A stretch of DNA of 13,205 bases from a virus (lineage: Duplodnaviria; Heunggongvirae; Uroviricota; Caudoviricetes), in IMG/VR virus record IMGVR_UViG_2585427757_000002. One strand, given 5' to 3'. This document shows, one piece after another, positions 9,882-13,205 of the stretch; position 1 is the first letter of the stretch; each line of letters opens with the position of its first letter. The notes beneath the pieces are model-generated. The model was not told where the DNA came from and searched no databases. It saw nothing but the letters and a program-made list of their open reading frames with translations. Position numbers and translations under genes: made by a program.

Positions 9882-10622
9882 TTAACTGGCGGTGACGGTG
9901 ATTTCTGCAACCACAGCAAGTTCACCATTACCGGATACAACCGGAATGTTGACCTTGCCTGCAGCAACGCCGTTCACGGTGATGGTCATACCACTGACCG
10001 ACACGGTGGCTTTTGTTTTATCCGCAGACACCGCACGAAAGCTCTTGTCGGTTACGCCCTCCGGCTGGAATGCCACGGTCAGCGTGGTGCTCTGCCCTTT
10101 CACCACCGAGGTGCTGGCAGGCGTCACGGTCATACCGGTTGCCGCTGTTACCGTGCTGCGATCTTCTGCCATCGACGGACGTCCCACGTTGGTGACTTTC
10201 ACCGTGCGGGTGATCACTTCCTTCGCCGTCACCGCCTTACCGATACTGCTGACCCAGCCACGGAACACATCGACCGTGCCGTTCGGGAAGCGGATTTTAT
10301 AGGCACGGGTATCGCCTTCATTAAACCACGCCAGCAGCGCCTGCTGCCCCTGCTCTCCGGGCATCCACGCCAGCGTGAAGCTGGTATCTCCGGCAGATTT
10401 CTGCCCCTGCCCGGTCGCAGTCCAGTCTGCATCTTCATCATCGAGATAGCTGTCGTCATAGGACTCAGCGGTCAGTTCGCCGGGCGTCAGGTCTTTAACT
10501 TTTGCCAGACGCGACCAGTCAACGTCTGAAAGCGGATTCGCATAAGGGTCACCGCTCCCCTTATAAACCCACAGGGTGGTCCCGGCACCTTTCACCGGCA
10601 TTACAGGATTTGGTACAGGCAT
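9882..10622 (-). CDS. V: Major tail tube protein V (246 aa) with C-terminal Ig-like (Big_2-type) domain
   Basis: Sequence [42 protein letters not shown]...ITVTAS matches lambda V as recalled. Start set at the ATG at 10620-10622, preceded by RBS GAGGA; the upstream ATG at 10652 would overlap U and lacks an RBS. Confidence 0.92.
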   Translation of the reverse strand: MPVPNPVMPVKGAGTTLWVYKGSGDPYANPLSDVDWSRLAKVKDLTPGELTAESYDDSYLDDEDADWTATGQGQKSAGDTSFTLAWMPGEQGQQALLAWFNEGDTRAYKIRFPNGTVDVFRGWVSSIGKAVTAKEVITRTVKVTNVGRPSMAEDRSTVTAATGMTVTPASTSVVKGQSTTLTVAFQPEGVTDKSFRAVSADKTKATVSVSGMTITVNGVAAGKVNIPVVSGNGELAVVAEITVTAS

Positions 10623-10629
10623 AGCGTCC

Positions 10630-11025
10630 TCACATTTCATAGGTAATGACATAAGTCAGATCGGCTGAACTCCACAGGCCCGCATCATCGTCGCGCCGGT
10701 AGTCATAGCCGCTGGCCACCATACTGGTGATCAAATCTGACAGTGCCGGGATATCGCTCATCACCGGATAAATCCGGGACTCCATCCACGCATCCAGCTC
10801 TGAATCCGGCACCTGAGCAGGCAGGAAAACTTCGATATGCAGCTCCGCCTGCCAGGTATCGCTGTCCAGCTCTTCGCCCGTGTATTCAGCGCCGGTGAGA
10901 TAAACGGCAACTGCCGGAAAATCCGCCTCATCAAAAACAGCGGGGCGACCATCAAAAAACGTCGCCCCGGTGTCATGCTTCTCCAGTGCATCCAGTACGG
11001 CTGCACGGAGTTCAGTATGTTTCAT
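10630..11025 (-). CDS. U: Tail tube terminator protein U (131 aa)
   Basis: 131-aa [57 protein letters not shown]...; same length as lambda U. Start overlaps the Z stop by 4 nt. Confidence 0.92.
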   Translation of the reverse strand: MKHTELRAAVLDALEKHDTGATFFDGRPAVFDEADFPAVAVYLTGAEYTGEELDSDTWQAELHIEVFLPAQVPDSELDAWMESRIYPVMSDIPALSDLITSMVASGYDYRRDDDAGLWSSADLTYVITYEM

Positions 11026-11600
11026 CGCTTTATTACCATCCTCAGTTGATGCTGCAGCGCATAGCCCAGCTCTTTCGGAAGACGTTCACGCCGTATCCGC
11101 TCAATATTTTGTTTAAACGCCGTGGTCAGCGGCACCGCCATCGGGATTTTCACCACATCAATGGGGTAACGGTTTTTCCCGGCCACACGCTGCATGACAT
11201 GCCACCGGCCATTTTTCAGTTGCTGAATAAACGCGCCGGGAATACGACGGTTACCCACCACAAGCACGCTGCCGCCACCTTTCAGGGATGAACGCTGCCC
11301 CTTTTTACGACGCCTGCGGCGCGAAAGGACAACCCGCGCATTACCCAGCTTGATTACGGGCAAATCCCCCCGGTTAACTTTGATTCTGGCCTGCGGATTT
11401 TTGACCGTGGCCCTTTTCAGCCTGGCCCTTTCCTTTACCAGTTTCCGGCGTACCTTTGTCTCACGGGCAACCTGTGACGCCGACTGCGATATCGCGGATG
11501 AAGCAACGCGGTTAATGGCCATTGCGGCGGCACCAGGCACCGCCGTTTTGCTGATACGGCTGAGGTTTTCAATGGCCTGCTCAAGACCTTTTATGGCCAT
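11022..11600 (-). CDS. Z: Tail completion protein Z (192 aa)
   Basis: 192-aa ORF MAIKGLEQAIENLSRISKTAVPGAAAMAINRVASSAISQSASQVARETKV... with a basic RRRRRKKGQRS stretch; same length as lambda Z. Confidence 0.92.
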   Translation of the reverse strand: MAIKGLEQAIENLSRISKTAVPGAAAMAINRVASSAISQSASQVARETKVRRKLVKERARLKRATVKNPQARIKVNRGDLPVIKLGNARVVLSRRRRRKKGQRSSLKGGGSVLVVGNRRIPGAFIQQLKNGRWHVMQRVAGKNRYPIDVVKIPMAVPLTTAFKQNIERIRRERLPKELGYALQHQLRMVIKR

Positions 11601-11611
11601 ACATCCCCCTT

Positions 11612-11965
11612 TCAGCGGCGACGGTTAACGGCAGGCGGTACGCCCCGCCCAAGCCAGAGATGACAGCTTCCACCATCATCCGGCGAAACCCGGTCTATCC
11701 AGAAGTTTTCCTCACCGATGGTCAGCGTGTCTCCACGCCGCAGCTGCCGCACATCATCAGTCCGGACAAACAGGGACGGGCTGGAGCCTTCAACGCGCAC
11801 GCCCTGTCCGGCATAGCTGATATTTTCAGGGTCATCAAAAACACCACGTATTACTGCGCCGGACTGCTCACCGGATGTCATGGTGGCTGACGTTCCCATG
11901 TACCCGCGTATCGTTTCATCGGCGCGGACAATGGCAGCATCGAACAGGTTATCGAAATCAGCCAC
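11612..11965 (-). CDS. FII: Head-tail joining / head completion protein FII (117 aa)
   Basis: 117-aa ORF MADFDNLFDAAIVRADETIRGYMGTSATMTSGEQSGAVIRGVFDDPENISYAGQGVRVEG...; same length as lambda FII. Confidence 0.92.
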   Translation of the reverse strand: MADFDNLFDAAIVRADETIRGYMGTSATMTSGEQSGAVIRGVFDDPENISYAGQGVRVEGSSPSLFVRTDDVRQLRRGDTLTIGEENFWIDRVSPDDGGSCHLWLGRGVPPAVNRRR

Positions 11966-11976
11966 AGCGCCTCCCG

Positions 11977-12372
11977 TTATTGCATTCTGGCCAGGCCGCG
12001 CTCTGTCATTTCGGCTGCCACACCGGCAGAGACACGAAACGCCGTTCCCGGCAGCACAAATGCCACAGGTTCATCCCGCGTGGCGTGAAGTGCATCGGTA
12101 TGCAGCGTCACCAGTGCCACAACCGTGACCAGAGCAGCCGTATCAGTCACGGTATCCGTCTGTGCTGATACCACCTCATTTTCATGTCCGGTCAGCGCAT
12201 TTTCCGGGCTGACAGACGAGTCCTGACCGGCTCCGTCATCCGTGTCATCAAGCTCCTCTTCCAGCTCTGCCACACGGAGCGCCAGTTCTTCTTTCGTCCC
12301 CGTCAGGCTGACATCACGGTTCAGTTGCTCACCCAGCGACCGGAGACGGGCAATCAGTTCATCTTTCGTCAT
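11977..12372 (-). CDS. FI: DNA packaging / head assembly accessory protein FI (132 aa from the MTKDEL start)
   Basis: MTKDELIARLRSLGEQLNRDVSLTGTKEELALRVAELEEELDDTDDGAGQD...TERGLARMQ matches lambda FI as recalled. Start taken at the ATG at 12370-12372; the ORF track's upstream ATG at 12411 would abut the E stop. Confidence 0.88.
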   Translation of the reverse strand: MTKDELIARLRSLGEQLNRDVSLTGTKEELALRVAELEEELDDTDDGAGQDSSVSPENALTGHENEVVSAQTDTVTDTAALVTVVALVTLHTDALHATRDEPVAFVLPGTAFRVSAGVAAEMTERGLARMQ

Positions 12373-12413
12373 GGACTCCTCCACAGAGAGAAAATGGCCC
12401 CTAAGGGCCATGA

Positions 12414-12937
<524 letters not shown>

Positions 12938-12938
12938 G

Positions 12939-13205
<267 letters not shown>

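Noticed and set aside
9882-10652. Longer 256-aa version of V starting [10 protein letters not shown]
   Set aside because: The 10-codon extension overlaps the U stop and has no RBS, whereas the internal ATG at 10622 has a GAGGA RBS and gives the lambda V N-terminus MPVPNP.

Overview
This window is almost entirely the late structural operon of a lambda-like prophage (Escherichia/Shigella-type host), all on the minus strand and in the canonical lambda order: E (truncated) - FI - FII - Z - U - V - G/G-T - H - M - L - K - I - J - lom. Gene calls rest on ORF length, order, overlap pattern and near-identity to phage lambda proteins as I recall them; no search was run. The operon carries two lesions. 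First, the major capsid gene E lacks its N-terminal ~190 codons where it abuts the 3' end of an IS110-family insertion sequence (transposase C-terminus at 12988..13205, running off the window). Second, the tape measure gene H is split into two overlapping reading frames by an apparent +1 frameshift near 7950..8020. The J tail-tip protein has a C-terminal ~150 aa that differs from lambda J, suggesting a different receptor. I saw no tRNA, rRNA, CRISPR array or tandem repeat. I did not find a convincing undescribed system: every substantial ORF is accounted for by known lambda-type genes or the IS, and the long plus-strand ORFs are antisense artefacts.
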